DNA from: Burkholderiales bacterium
GTDB lineage: Bacteria; Pseudomonadota; Gammaproteobacteria; Burkholderiales; Burkholderiaceae_C
Direction of reading: 5' to 3'
Assembly: GCA_016195825.1 (NCBI GenBank)
Contig: JACPYV010000130.1
Location: 3,719 to 67,718 of the forward strand
DNA: 64,000 nt
Under the pieces are notes generated by a model. That model was not told the DNA's origin, did not search any database, and saw nothing but the letters and a program-made list of their open reading frames with translations. A program made the translations under genes and the position numbers. Below are positions 51,697 through 61,695 of this stretch, piece after piece (position 1 is the first letter of the stretch; the number at the start of each line of letters is the position of its first letter).

Positions 51697-53109
51697 ATGA
51701 TCCAACTCAAGACCGTCCTCACCCTCGTCGCCACGGCCGCGCTGGCCGCCTGCACGACGCTGGGTCCCAACTACCAGGCGCCCGCCGCCAACGCGCCCGC
51801 GGCCTACCGCGCCGCCTCGCCCGTAGCCGGCGCCGAGCTGCAACGCGACTGGTGGCTGGTCTTCGGCGACGCCCAGCTCAATGCGCTGGAGGCCCAGGCC
51901 TTGCAGGCCAGCCCGACGCTGGCTGCCGCCGCCGCGCGCATCGAGCGGGCGCGCGCCGTCTTCGGCGCGACCAAGGCCGACGAGCTGCCGCGCTTTGACC
52001 TTGGCGCCAATGCCGGCGGCCTGCGCACCTCCGCCAAGGCCACCACCACGCCGGTGCTGCAAGGCCACCCCGTCACCTTCGAGGGCGAAACCTTCGGCCT
52101 GCAGGCCAGCATCGGCTGGGAGCTGGACCTGTGGGGCCGCGTGAAGCGCCAGGGCGAAGCCGCGCAGGCCCAGCTCGATGCGTCCACGATGGACGCTGCC
52201 GCCGCCCGTGTTGCGCTGACTGCCGACGTCGCGGCTGCCTACTGGCAATGGCGTGCGCTCGCTGACGAGGCGGCCGCGCTGCAGCGCCTGCGCGACAGCC
52301 GCGCCAAGGCATTCCAGGTGGCACAGACGCGCTTCGACGCCGGGTCCTCGTCGACCCAGGACCTGGAGCGCGTGCGCGCCGAACTTGCCGCTGCCGACGC
52401 CGACATGGCCGACCTGCCGCGCCGCCAGGCGCTGGTAGCCAACCAGATCGCTGCGCTGACCGGCCAGGCCGCCGCCGAACTGAAGCTGCAGGCCGTCACC
52501 TCACTGCCTGCGCCGCCGCAGATCCGCGCCGGTCTGCCGTCCGAGCTGCTGCAGCGCCGCCCGGACCTGGCCCAGAGCCTGGCGCAGCTGCATGCTGCCA
52601 CGGCCCAGGTCGGCATCGCCGAGGCCGCCTTCTATCCGTCCATCAAGCTGACAGGCAGCTTCGGCTACTCCAGCGAAGACCTCGGCTCGCTGATCTCGGC
52701 GCCGGCACGCCTCTACAACGTCGGCCCCAGCATCTCGCTGCCGATCTTCGAAGGCGGCCGCAACAAGGCCAACCTGGCCGGCGCCAAGGCCTCGGTGGAC
52801 GAGTCCCTCGCCGCCTTCCGCGGCCGCATGCTGCAGGCGCTGCGCGAGGTGGATGACGCGCTGGCCGAACTGCAGGGCCGCGCGACGGTGGTGGATGCCC
52901 AGAACCGCACGCTGGCCTCTGCCGGCCAGGCGCTGTCAGTGGCCAAGAGCCGCTACGACAAGGGCGCCGTCAGCTACCTCGACGTGACCGAGGCCGAGCG
53001 CACGCCGCTGGCCACCGGGCGCGCGCTGGCACAGCTGCGCGGCGCGCAATGGGCGGCGACGGCGCAGTTGGTGAAGGCGCTGGGCGGTGGCTGGAGCCAG
53101 GGCAGCTGA
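51697..53109 (+). CDS. NodT/OprM-family outer membrane efflux lipoprotein
   Basis: Lipobox LAAC, WELDLWG, PSELLQRRPD, PIFEGG, KALGGGW. Confidence 0.9.
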   Translation: MIQLKTVLTLVATAALAACTTLGPNYQAPAANAPAAYRAASPVAGAELQRDWWLVFGDAQLNALEAQALQASPTLAAAAARIERARAVFGATKADELPRFDLGANAGGLRTSAKATTTPVLQGHPVTFEGETFGLQASIGWELDLWGRVKRQGEAAQAQLDASTMDAAAARVALTADVAAAYWQWRALADEAAALQRLRDSRAKAFQVAQTRFDAGSSSTQDLERVRAELAAADADMADLPRRQALVANQIAALTGQAAAELKLQAVTSLPAPPQIRAGLPSELLQRRPDLAQSLAQLHAATAQVGIAEAAFYPSIKLTGSFGYSSEDLGSLISAPARLYNVGPSISLPIFEGGRNKANLAGAKASVDESLAAFRGRMLQALREVDDALAELQGRATVVDAQNRTLASAGQALSVAKSRYDKGAVSYLDVTEAERTPLATGRALAQLRGAQWAATAQLVKALGGGWSQGS

Positions 53110-53134
53110 CGCTGCCGGCAGACCGGGAAGTGGC

Positions 53135-56128
53135 TCAGGGCGTCGCCGGCCGCCCGACGCAGACCGGCTCCCGGCCGTCTTCCCAGGCACTCAGGAAGCG
53201 TCGTGCATCGGCCAGGGTGCCGGGAGGCACCAGGCTGCCCCAGCGCACTTCGCGGCTAAGCACCGCGTCCGGTTGGTGCTGAGCCAGGCCGGCCAGCATG
53301 CCGAGCACCAGCACCTGTTCCTTGAGGCTTGGCGGCGCATGGTCGAGGGCACCATTGAGCAGGCGCTCGGCGGACTTGTCAACCACTGGCCAGTCCTGGC
53401 GGGCGACGGCGTCGTACAGGGTCAACTGCTCGACGACGCCCGGCGGCAGATTCGGCTGGGCGCGGCGCCAGGCGACCGGGTCCCACAAGGCCTGCTGATC
53501 TGCGGCCGGCAGGTGGGCGAGCACGGCCTGGGCGAGGTTGGCGGCGTAGATGAGCAGGGCATCGGCGTCCAGCGGTGAGCCGGGCTGACGCTGCAGGCGC
53601 AGAGCGTCGACGAGGCGGGTCAAGCCCTCGCCGCGAGGCTGGCCCGGGCCGCGGCCGCTAAAGCGCTCGGCGGCCCACGCGGCCTGCTGGCGGTTCAGCA
53701 TCGGCGTGAAGTTGCTAGGGCTGATCGTCGGCGTCGGCGACCGGATCGGACGGCAGTCCAACACGGGCAGCAGCGGCATGCCGTCGGCCGCTAGGCGCTG
53801 CAGCAGGTCGGCATGCACGCCGCGAAAGCGCTGCAGGGGTGCGAACAGAGAGACGGTCGGGAAGAAGTCCGAATGCGGCGGGGCTTTCTGCAGCCGCACA
53901 TAGGTGCGCAACACGGCTGGCCCACCGATGCGGCGCACGGCCAGGTCGACCGCAGACGCCAGGCCCACACGGCGCAACTCGGCGGCGAGCTCGGGCGAAC
54001 GCCAAGGTGCGTTGTTCGGCGCCTGCAGCTGGCTGGTCGGCGCGAGGATGACCAGGTCCAACGAATTGGTCGTGTAGATCTCGCTGTCCGGGAACTCCTG
54101 CAGCAGCGCAGCGATCATCTCGGCCAGCAGCGCGTCCGAGATCTCGTAGCTGTGCACCCATTGCACAAGGAGGCCACCAGGCTTGAGGCTGCGCTTCACG
54201 CCACGGTAGAACTCGTGCGTGAACAGGCTCGCCACACCGCTGACCCAGGGGTTGGACGGCTCGGACAAAACGACGTCGTAGCGGCGCCGACCGCGCGCAA
54301 AGAACTCGCGGGCGTCCTCGAAATGCACCTGCGAGCGCGGGTCTGCGTAGGCGCGCGCGTTGCGCGGCCTGAACACCGATGCGCCCTCCCAAACCGCCCG
54401 CTCGATCTCGATCGTGTCCACACGCTTGGGTGCCTACGAGCCCAACAGCGTGTGCGTGCTCAAGCCAGAGCCCCAGCCGATGACGGCGATGTCTTGGGGC
54501 TGCGGGTGCACAGCCAGCGGCAGGGCAGCGAGCATCAGCATGGTGATCTCGTCGGGGTTCGGTGCCTTGGTCAGAGGCGTCAGGCCCGCGTCGGGCTTGC
54601 CGTTCGTCGAGATGACAATGGCGCCGGGTTGACTGACGACCGAGATGCTGGCCGTGGCGCCGTCCTTGTAGAACAGCAGTTCTCGGCCAGCCATGTTGGT
54701 GCTGCCGTAGCGGAAGACGCCGGCAGACTGCAACAGCCGGTCCGGCAACCCCCAGTGCAGCATGCCGCCCAGCATGACACTGCCGGCGCCCGCAGCCACG
54801 AGCACAGCCGGTGCCCAGCGGCCCGGGCTCAGCGCGCGCAGCAGGGCCAGTCCGATGACGAGGTCCACTGCGCCGGCCAGAAGCAGCGTCATGCCGACGC
54901 CTATAGCCGGCATCAGCCCATGCGCCGCGACGAGCACGCCCAGGATGGCACCCAGCGTGTTGGCTGCGTAGACTTGGCCGATGGCGCGCTCGCCGCCGCC
55001 GCGCCTGAGCAGCGCAGCCGTGAACAGCGGCAGCGTCATGCCTGCAAAGAATGCCGCAGGCGCCATGATGAGCAGGGCGATGCCTGCGGTCGCCATGTTG
55101 TAGAGCACGTAGCCGGCGCTGGTCTTGGCAAGGCCCTGCAGGATGGCCGGTACCCAGTGGTAGGCGTTGCCCAGCAGAGCGACGGACAGCATTGCGCACA
55201 AGCCCATAGCGACCTGCACGAAGCCGGCGTAGCGCACCAAGTCCTGGATGCGGTCGCCGACCCGTCGCACCCACAGCCCACCCAGCGCCAGACCGGCGAT
55301 GAAGGCGGCCAGCATCAGCTCGAAGCTGTGCAGGCTGCTACCCAACGCCTGGTTGAGCATGCGCACCCAGCCCAGTTCGTAGGCGAAGGAGGCAGCACTG
55401 GACAGGAAGGTTGCCACGAGCAGGGCAGGCAACAGCCGGCCAGGGACGTCGCCAGCGGATTCAGGTGCGGCGGCATCGGACGCCGCGTGGCCTTCACGCA
55501 ATGCCAGGCTCAGACCGAGGCTGGCGACGGCAACCAGCAGGTTGAGCCCGCCCGCCACCTTCAAGGCTCCTGGCATGCCCAGGTTCGGCAGCAGCACAAA
55601 GGTCGCCAACAGCGCGCCGAGTGCAGCGCCGATGCCGTTCGTGAAATAGAGGCCGCCCAGCGTCCGACCCTGCTGGCTGCCGTCCAGGCGCAGCACACCG
55701 GCGGCGATCAGCGGGAAGGTCGCGCCCAGCAATACGGTTTGCGGCGCGATCAGTGCTGCTGCGCTCAGCCACTGCCAGGCCTGGGCTGCGCCGGCACTGG
55801 CCAGCGCGGGCAGGACGGTCGCCTGGCTGTAGTCGCTGTAGGCCACGAAGACGCCGTGGAACGCCAGGCCCAGGACACCGATCAGCGCTTCTGCGCCCGC
55901 ATAGACGGCAACAGGCCGGCGCAGCGACTGCGTAACGCGGCTGATGCCCCAGGCGCCCAGCGCCATGCCGCCCATGAACATCATCAGCACCAGGGTCTGC
56001 GCGTAGGCCGCGTGGCCCAGCGTGAGGCCCAGGTAGTGAGCCCAGAGCGACTGGTAGATCAGTGCCGCGCAGCCCGACAGGACGAACAGCAGTTGCAGGG
56101 TCCAGCGGGTCGTGGCGATTCGGTTCAT
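53135..56128 (-). pseudogene. Fused multi-TM (MFS-like)/spermidine-synthase-like protein interrupted by an in-frame TAG at 54434-54436
   Basis: ORFs 54434..56128 and 53135..54421 share a frame and are separated by 12 nt; they read through as GWGSGLSTHTLLGS*APKRVDTIEIE; downstream EDAR, DVVLSEPSNPW, LFTHEFY. Confidence 0.75.
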
Positions 56129-57411
56129 CGGGTTTGTGTCAGCAAGGCTGCGGCCATCCGGGCGGCGGCACCGCGGTGAGCCGCGGAAAAGGCGAGGGCG
56201 TTCGCGCCCATTGCGCTGCGGCCGGCCACATCGGCGCACAGCGCCAGGCCGCGCGTGACCGCCTCGGCCAGCGACGCGCAGCGCCCGGCCGCGCCGGCCG
56301 CCAAGGCCAGCGCCGTCGCCTCGGCGAAATTGAAGGTGTGTGGCCCGGCCAGCACCGGGCAGCCGCAGGCCGCCGCCTCAATGAGGTTCTGACCACCCAG
56401 CGGCTCGAAGCTGCCGCCCAGCAGCGCGACGCTGGCCAGGCCGTAGTACAGCGGCATCTCGCGCATCGAGTCACCCAGCCAGGCGTCTGCAGCCAACGCC
56501 TCGGCTGGGGGCTCGTCGCCCCAGCCGCTGCGCCGCGCCAGCGTCAGGCCGGCGCCTTCGATCAGGGCGGCGATCTCGTCGAAGCGCTGCGGATGGCGCG
56601 GCACGATGGCCAAGAGCGGGCGTGGTGCCGGCTGACGGGCCCATTCGGCCAGCAGCGCGGCCTCTTCGCCCTCCCGGCTGACGGCCAGCATCAGCACGGG
56701 CCGCCCCAGCTGCTGCGCCCAGCGCTGGCCGCGCGCAATCAGCGCCGGGTCCACCGCGATGTCGTACTTCAGGTTGCCTGCGACCTCGACTTGCTCCATT
56801 CCCATCGCCCGGATGCGCGAGGCGTCGGCCTCCGTCTGCGCCAGCGCCAACGTCATCCGTCGAGCGGCCGGCCGCATCAGCGCGGCAAACCGCAGCCCTT
56901 GGCGCAGGCTCTTCTCGGACAGGCGTGCGTTGGCGAGCACCATCGGCAGCGCTGCGCGCTGGGCCTCGCGCTGCAGCGTGGGCCAGACCTCGGTTTCCAT
57001 CAGCACGCCCAGCCGGGGCTGCCAATGGCGCAGGAAACGGCGCACAGCGCCGGGCGTGTCGTAGGGCAGCCAGGCCTGGGCGTTGCCTTCTCCCAGGGTC
57101 TGTAGCAGCGCCTGCCCGGCCTCGCGACCGGTGGCGGTCGAGTGGGTCAGCAGGAACCTCAGCTCGGGATCACGGGCGCGCAACGCGTCGACCAGCGCGC
57201 TGGCTGCACGCGTCTCACCCAGAGACACGGCGTGTATCCAGAGCCGGCCCGGCGCTGCCGGGCCGGCATAGAAACCGAGCCGTTCACCAAGCGCATGCCG
57301 GTAGAGCGGCTCCTTGGCCCCACGGCGCCACAGACGCAGCAGGTACAGCGGCGTCAGCAGCCGAAGCAAAGTGGCATAGAGCCACCGGGCGGGTTCAATG
57401 GCCAGCGGCAA
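56125..57411 (-). CDS. waaA: 3-deoxy-D-manno-octulosonic acid (Kdo) transferase
   Basis: WIHAVSLGE, LPYD, LMETEVWP, VPRHPQRF, GGQNLIEAA. Confidence 0.9.
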   Translation of the reverse strand: MPLAIEPARWLYATLLRLLTPLYLLRLWRRGAKEPLYRHALGERLGFYAGPAAPGRLWIHAVSLGETRAASALVDALRARDPELRFLLTHSTATGREAGQALLQTLGEGNAQAWLPYDTPGAVRRFLRHWQPRLGVLMETEVWPTLQREAQRAALPMVLANARLSEKSLRQGLRFAALMRPAARRMTLALAQTEADASRIRAMGMEQVEVAGNLKYDIAVDPALIARGQRWAQQLGRPVLMLAVSREGEEAALLAEWARQPAPRPLLAIVPRHPQRFDEIAALIEGAGLTLARRSGWGDEPPAEALAADAWLGDSMREMPLYYGLASVALLGGSFEPLGGQNLIEAAACGCPVLAGPHTFNFAEATALALAAGAAGRCASLAEAVTRGLALCADVAGRSAMGANALAFSAAHRGAAARMAAALLTQTR

Positions 57412-58792
57412 ACTTTGCGTCCGGCTTCACGCGCTTGAGCTGTGCCAGCACGTCGTGCTGGATGCGCTCCAGCGCCTCGGGCGTGTGCCCCTCGAAGCGC
57501 AGCACCAGCACCGGCGTGGTGTTGGACGGGCGGATCAGGCCGAAGCCGTCCGGGTACTCGATGCGCAAGCCATCGATGGTGACCAGCTCGGTCGCGCCGG
57601 GGAAGTCGGCCAGCGAAGTCAGTTCCTTGAGCTTCCTGACGACCTCGTGGTGTTCGCCTTCGGCGCACGGCACATTGATCTCGGGCGTGTTGAAGCTGTT
57701 GGGCAGGGCTTGCAGCACTGCGCTAGGGTCTTGGCTGCGCGACAGGATTTCCAGCATACGGCCAGCCGTGTACATCGCGTCGTCAAAGCCATACCAGCGC
57801 TCGGCGAAGAAGATGTGGCCCGACAGCTCGCCGGCCAGCGGTGCGCCGGTTTCCTTCAGCTTGGCCTTGGCCAGCGAGTGGCCGGTCATCCACATCAGCG
57901 GCTTGCCTCCGTGCTCGCGGATCCATGGCGCCAGTCGCTGGGTGCATTTCACGTCGAAGATGATCTCGGCACCGGGCAGGCGCTTCAGAATGTCCGCCGC
58001 GATCAGCATGATCTGGCGGTCCGGCATGATCATCTCGCCGTCCTTGGTGACGATGCCCAGCCGGTCGCCGTCACCGTCGAACGCCAGGCCCAGCTCGGCG
58101 CCGGTGGCGTGGACGATGCGCTTGAGGTCTTCCAGGTTCTCTGGACGAGACGGATCGGGATGGTGGTTGGGGAAGTCGCCGTCCACCTTGGAGAAGATGT
58201 CGATGACCTCGCAGCCCAAGGCCCGAAGGATGGCCGGGGCAGAGGCGCCGGGGATGCCGTTGCCACTGTCGACGACGATCTTCATCGGCCGGGCCAGCTT
58301 GCAGTCCGTGACGACGCGGTGGGTGTACTCGGCCACGATGTCCATCGTGGCCGTGCGGCCCTTGCCGCTGGCGTAGTCTTCAGCTTCGATGCGGTGCTTC
58401 AGGCCCTGAATCTGGTCACCGTAGACGGCAGCGCCCTTAAGCACCATCTTGAAGCCGTTGTAGTCCTTGGGGTTGTGGCTGCCCGTGACCATGATGCCGG
58501 AGTTGCAGCCATGCTTGCTGCGTGTGGCGGCGACGTAATAGAGCATGGGCGTGGTCACGGCACCGATGTCGACGACGTCCAAGCCGGTGCTGGCCAGGCC
58601 GCGGATCAGCGCAGCGACCAGGCCGGGGCCGGACAGGCGGCCGTCGCGGCCTACGGCGACGGCCTTCTCGCCCAGGGCCTTGGCCTCGGTGCCGAAGGCC
58701 CGGCCCAGGTGCTCGGCGAGTTCCTCGTTCAAGGTCTGGCCGACGACGCCGCGGATGTCGTAAGCCTTGAAGATGGATGCGTGAACCTGCAT
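57395..58792 (-). CDS. Phosphomannomutase/phosphoglucomutase (AlgC-like)
   Basis: FKAYDIRG, TGSHNP, FDGDGDR, GELSGH, RPSNTTP. Confidence 0.92.
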   Translation of the reverse strand: MQVHASIFKAYDIRGVVGQTLNEELAEHLGRAFGTEAKALGEKAVAVGRDGRLSGPGLVAALIRGLASTGLDVVDIGAVTTPMLYYVAATRSKHGCNSGIMVTGSHNPKDYNGFKMVLKGAAVYGDQIQGLKHRIEAEDYASGKGRTATMDIVAEYTHRVVTDCKLARPMKIVVDSGNGIPGASAPAILRALGCEVIDIFSKVDGDFPNHHPDPSRPENLEDLKRIVHATGAELGLAFDGDGDRLGIVTKDGEMIMPDRQIMLIAADILKRLPGAEIIFDVKCTQRLAPWIREHGGKPLMWMTGHSLAKAKLKETGAPLAGELSGHIFFAERWYGFDDAMYTAGRMLEILSRSQDPSAVLQALPNSFNTPEINVPCAEGEHHEVVRKLKELTSLADFPGATELVTIDGLRIEYPDGFGLIRPSNTTPVLVLRFEGHTPEALERIQHDVLAQLKRVKPDAKFAAGH

Positions 58793-58857
58793 GGACTGCC
58801 TCTGAAGCTGGGGTTTTGAAATCGCGGCGGATTGTAGGCACGGCCCATGGCCAGCCG

Positions 58858-58887
58858 TCCGTCGCCCCGGCTGTCGATCCGTCGCCC
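58858..58887 (+). promoter_or_regulatory. Perfect 10-bp direct repeat TCCGTCGCCC (20-bp period), LytTR-site-like
   Basis: Copies at 58858-58867 and 58878-58887, upstream of a TACACT -10-like hexamer and the kinase gene. Confidence 0.4.
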
Positions 58888-58929
58888 ATCCAGGGGGCAG
58901 GGCGTGCACGCTTCCTACACTCGCGGCCC

Positions 58930-60051
58930 ATGACGTTCACCGAGGAATTCACGCAGGCCTTGCGCCACCAACGAGTGCTGATGAAGCACCGGCCGGACCG
59001 GCTTCGCGTGCGGGCGCTGATCTACCTGCTCTGGATGCTGGGCTTCGGCGCGGCCTTCGCCGTGCTGGCTGGGTTGCAGCGCGGGGACCTGGGTTCGGCA
59101 GCCTGGTGGCGCACTCAGGTACCGGGCAACCTGCTGGTCAGCGGCTGCGTCATGGTCTGCTTCTTCGCGGTGTACCGCAGCTTCGAGAAGCTGGCGCCGC
59201 AGCGCTGGCTGGACACCATCATGGGCTGGCACGACTGGCGTTCGGGCCTGTTCTTCTCGGCAACGTCGATCGGCTGCGCGCTGGTGGGCGTCATCATCGG
59301 CCTGTGGTTCGTCGACCGCATCTGGGCCCTTCAGAACTTGCCGGACGTGTTGCGCAACCTCGGCTTCTGGCGCCAGTTCCTGCTCATTTCGGCCGTGATT
59401 TCCGTCGTGCTGAGCTGGCGCTACCGGGCGCGCTGGAAACAGGAGCGGCTGCAGGCCCGCGTCACCGAGGCGCAGCTTCGGCTGCTGCAGGGCCAGATCG
59501 AGCCGCATTTCCTGTTCAACACGCTGGCCAATGTGCAAAGCCTCATCGACTTCGACCCCGGCCTAGCCAAGTTGATGCTGGAGCGCTTCACCGACTACCT
59601 GCGCGCCAGCCTGGGCCAGCTGCGCGGTGACAGCACGACGCTGGCGCAGGAGTTCGCGATGCTGGAGGCCTACCTTTCGCTGATGCAGCTGCGCATGGGC
59701 GAGCGCTTGCGCGTGCGCCTGGACTTGCCGGCAGAGCTGGGCGGCTTCGAGCTGCCACCGCTGCTGGTGCAGCCGCTGGTGGAGAACGCCATCCACCACG
59801 GCTTGGAGCCCAAGATCGCCGGCGGTGAGGTGGTGGTCAGCGCCCGGCGCAAGGCCGGCATGCTGTACATCGCCGTCGAAGACGATGGCCAGGGGATGAA
59901 TGCCCCGCGCCGGCGCGGCGGCAACGGCGTCGCCCTCGACAACATCCGCGCCCGGCTGACCGCCCGCTGGGGCGTGGGCGCCACGCTGGCCCTGCTGCCA
60001 CGCGAAGGCGGGGGCACCCGCGCCTGCATTCACATTCCCTCATCCGCCTGA
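58930..60051 (+). CDS. LytS/YehU-family sensor histidine kinase
   Basis: TM sensor region, QIEPHFLFNTL, LVENAIHHG, EDDGQG, GVALDNIRARL. Confidence 0.88.
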   Translation: MTFTEEFTQALRHQRVLMKHRPDRLRVRALIYLLWMLGFGAAFAVLAGLQRGDLGSAAWWRTQVPGNLLVSGCVMVCFFAVYRSFEKLAPQRWLDTIMGWHDWRSGLFFSATSIGCALVGVIIGLWFVDRIWALQNLPDVLRNLGFWRQFLLISAVISVVLSWRYRARWKQERLQARVTEAQLRLLQGQIEPHFLFNTLANVQSLIDFDPGLAKLMLERFTDYLRASLGQLRGDSTTLAQEFAMLEAYLSLMQLRMGERLRVRLDLPAELGGFELPPLLVQPLVENAIHHGLEPKIAGGEVVVSARRKAGMLYIAVEDDGQGMNAPRRRGGNGVALDNIRARLTARWGVGATLALLPREGGGTRACIHIPSSA

Positions 60052-60057
60052 CCCACC

Positions 60058-60813
60058 ATGACCACCGCCCTGATCGCCGACGACGAACCCCACCTCGTCC
60101 ACTACCTGAAAGCCCAGCTCGCCCAGGCCTGGCCCGAACTTCAGATCGTCAAGACCGCCGCCAACGGTGTCGAGGCCGCCCAGGCCATCGCCGAGCTGGA
60201 ACCGGACATCGCTTTCCTGGACATTCAGATGCCCGGGCTGACCGGGCTGGAGGTCGCCCAGGGCATCGAAGCCGACACGCGCGTCGTCTTCGTGACGGCC
60301 TACGACCAGTACGCCGTCGACGCCTTCGAGGCTCGTGCCGTCGACTACCTGCTCAAACCCATCAAGGCTGACCGACTGACCCGCTGCGTCGAGCGCCTGC
60401 GCGCGACCGCCACCACGAGCAGCGACGACGACAGCGCGCTGGCCGAGACGCTGAAGCGCCTGCTACCCTCGGCCACCAACGCGCCCGTCAGGCTGCGCTA
60501 CATCCGCGCTGCCCAGGGCGAGCTGATGCACCAGGTCCCGGTCGACGAGGTGCTGTTCTTCCAGGCCGACGACAAGTACACCGTCGTGCAGACGGCCTCC
60601 GCCGAGCACCTGATCCGCACGCCTATCTTCGAGCTGTCGCAACAGCTGGACCCGGAGCGCTTCTGGCAGGTGCATCGGTCCACCATCATCAACCTGGACC
60701 ACCTCGCCGGCACGCGCCGCGACGAACAGAGCCGCTTGTTCGTGCGTGTGCGCGGCCAGGCGCGGGAGCTACCGGTCAGCCGCGCCTACGTCCACCTGTT
60801 CAGGGCGATGTAG
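60058..60813 (+). CDS. LytTR-family response regulator
   Basis: ADDE, FLDIQMPG, TAYD.YA, DYLLKP; LytTR motifs FWQVHRSTIIN and VSRAY. Confidence 0.92.
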   Translation: MTTALIADDEPHLVHYLKAQLAQAWPELQIVKTAANGVEAAQAIAELEPDIAFLDIQMPGLTGLEVAQGIEADTRVVFVTAYDQYAVDAFEARAVDYLLKPIKADRLTRCVERLRATATTSSDDDSALAETLKRLLPSATNAPVRLRYIRAAQGELMHQVPVDEVLFFQADDKYTVVQTASAEHLIRTPIFELSQQLDPERFWQVHRSTIINLDHLAGTRRDEQSRLFVRVRGQARELPVSRAYVHLFRAM

Positions 60814-60856
60814 CTTGCAAGCGCGGCGCTAGAGTCGGGGCAAAAGAAAGCCCGCG

Positions 60857-61618
60857 ATGCTGCGACGAGACCTGATGCTGTTAGCTGCCCTGGGCGCAGG
60901 ACGGCACGCCGCATGGGCCCAGCTACCGGAAGAGACGGCCGGGCGCGTGCCGCAGCTCGAATGGGTGGCTGGCGACCTGCCGCCGTTCGCCTGGCGGACG
61001 AGCAACGGGCCCCGCGGCTATGCCCACGAGCTGGTGCTGCTGATGGCGCAGCAGCTGGGCCGCTCAACGCAGGTGAACTACTACCCCTGGGCGCGGGCCG
61101 TTCAGCTGACCGACCGCAGCGACCGCGTCGGCATCTTTCCGCTGGCCCGCACGCCTGACCGCGAGAAGCGCTTCCAGTGGCTGGTGCCGCTGATGACGGC
61201 GCGCTACGTGCTCATCACGCCGGCCACCGACCGGCGGCTGAGCCTGAACGATTTGCGAACTGTGCGCGTGGGCGTGCTGCGCGGGTCGCCTATCGTGCGC
61301 AACCTGACTGCAGAACATTTCACTACCCTCGTCGAAGGCAAGGACTACAAGGACTTGCTTCGTATGCTCGTCGACGGCGGCCTGGACGCCGTCTACGCCG
61401 GTGCACCCATGCTTGACGCGGCCATGGGCGAGTACGGCTACACGCGCCGACAGTTCACGACGCAGCAGTCGCTGGGCGAGGCCAGGCTCTACATGGCCGC
61501 GTCGCTCGGCCTGGCGCCCGAGGAGGCGCAGCTGTGGCGCAAGGCCTACCAGCAATTGGTGGACGACGGCAGCGTGGAACGGCTGCGGCGCCGCTATTTT
61601 CCAGCCGACAAGCACTGA
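60857..61618 (+). CDS. Stand-alone periplasmic solute-binding protein (family 3-like)
   Basis: LPPFAW, YPWARA, RTPDREKRF, MLVDGGLD; no permease nearby. Confidence 0.75.
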   Translation: MLRRDLMLLAALGAGRHAAWAQLPEETAGRVPQLEWVAGDLPPFAWRTSNGPRGYAHELVLLMAQQLGRSTQVNYYPWARAVQLTDRSDRVGIFPLARTPDREKRFQWLVPLMTARYVLITPATDRRLSLNDLRTVRVGVLRGSPIVRNLTAEHFTTLVEGKDYKDLLRMLVDGGLDAVYAGAPMLDAAMGEYGYTRRQFTTQQSLGEARLYMAASLGLAPEEAQLWRKAYQQLVDDGSVERLRRRYFPADKH

Positions 61619-61695
61619 CATCCGTTGGCAGCAGGCCGCGCCTGCATGTCCGGAAATGGCCAGGCGCAGTCGAGGCCGGCGCCTAGACTGGCACC

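Noticed and set aside
54434-54436. Pyrrolysine or selenocysteine recoding of the in-frame stop
   Set aside because: The codon is TAG, not TGA; no pyl genes are in the window and Pyl is not expected in this lineage; the position is not an obvious catalytic residue
61619-61695. Ada box upstream of alkA (TGTCCGGAAATGGC)
   Set aside because: Plausible by context, but it does not match a consensus I can state with confidence
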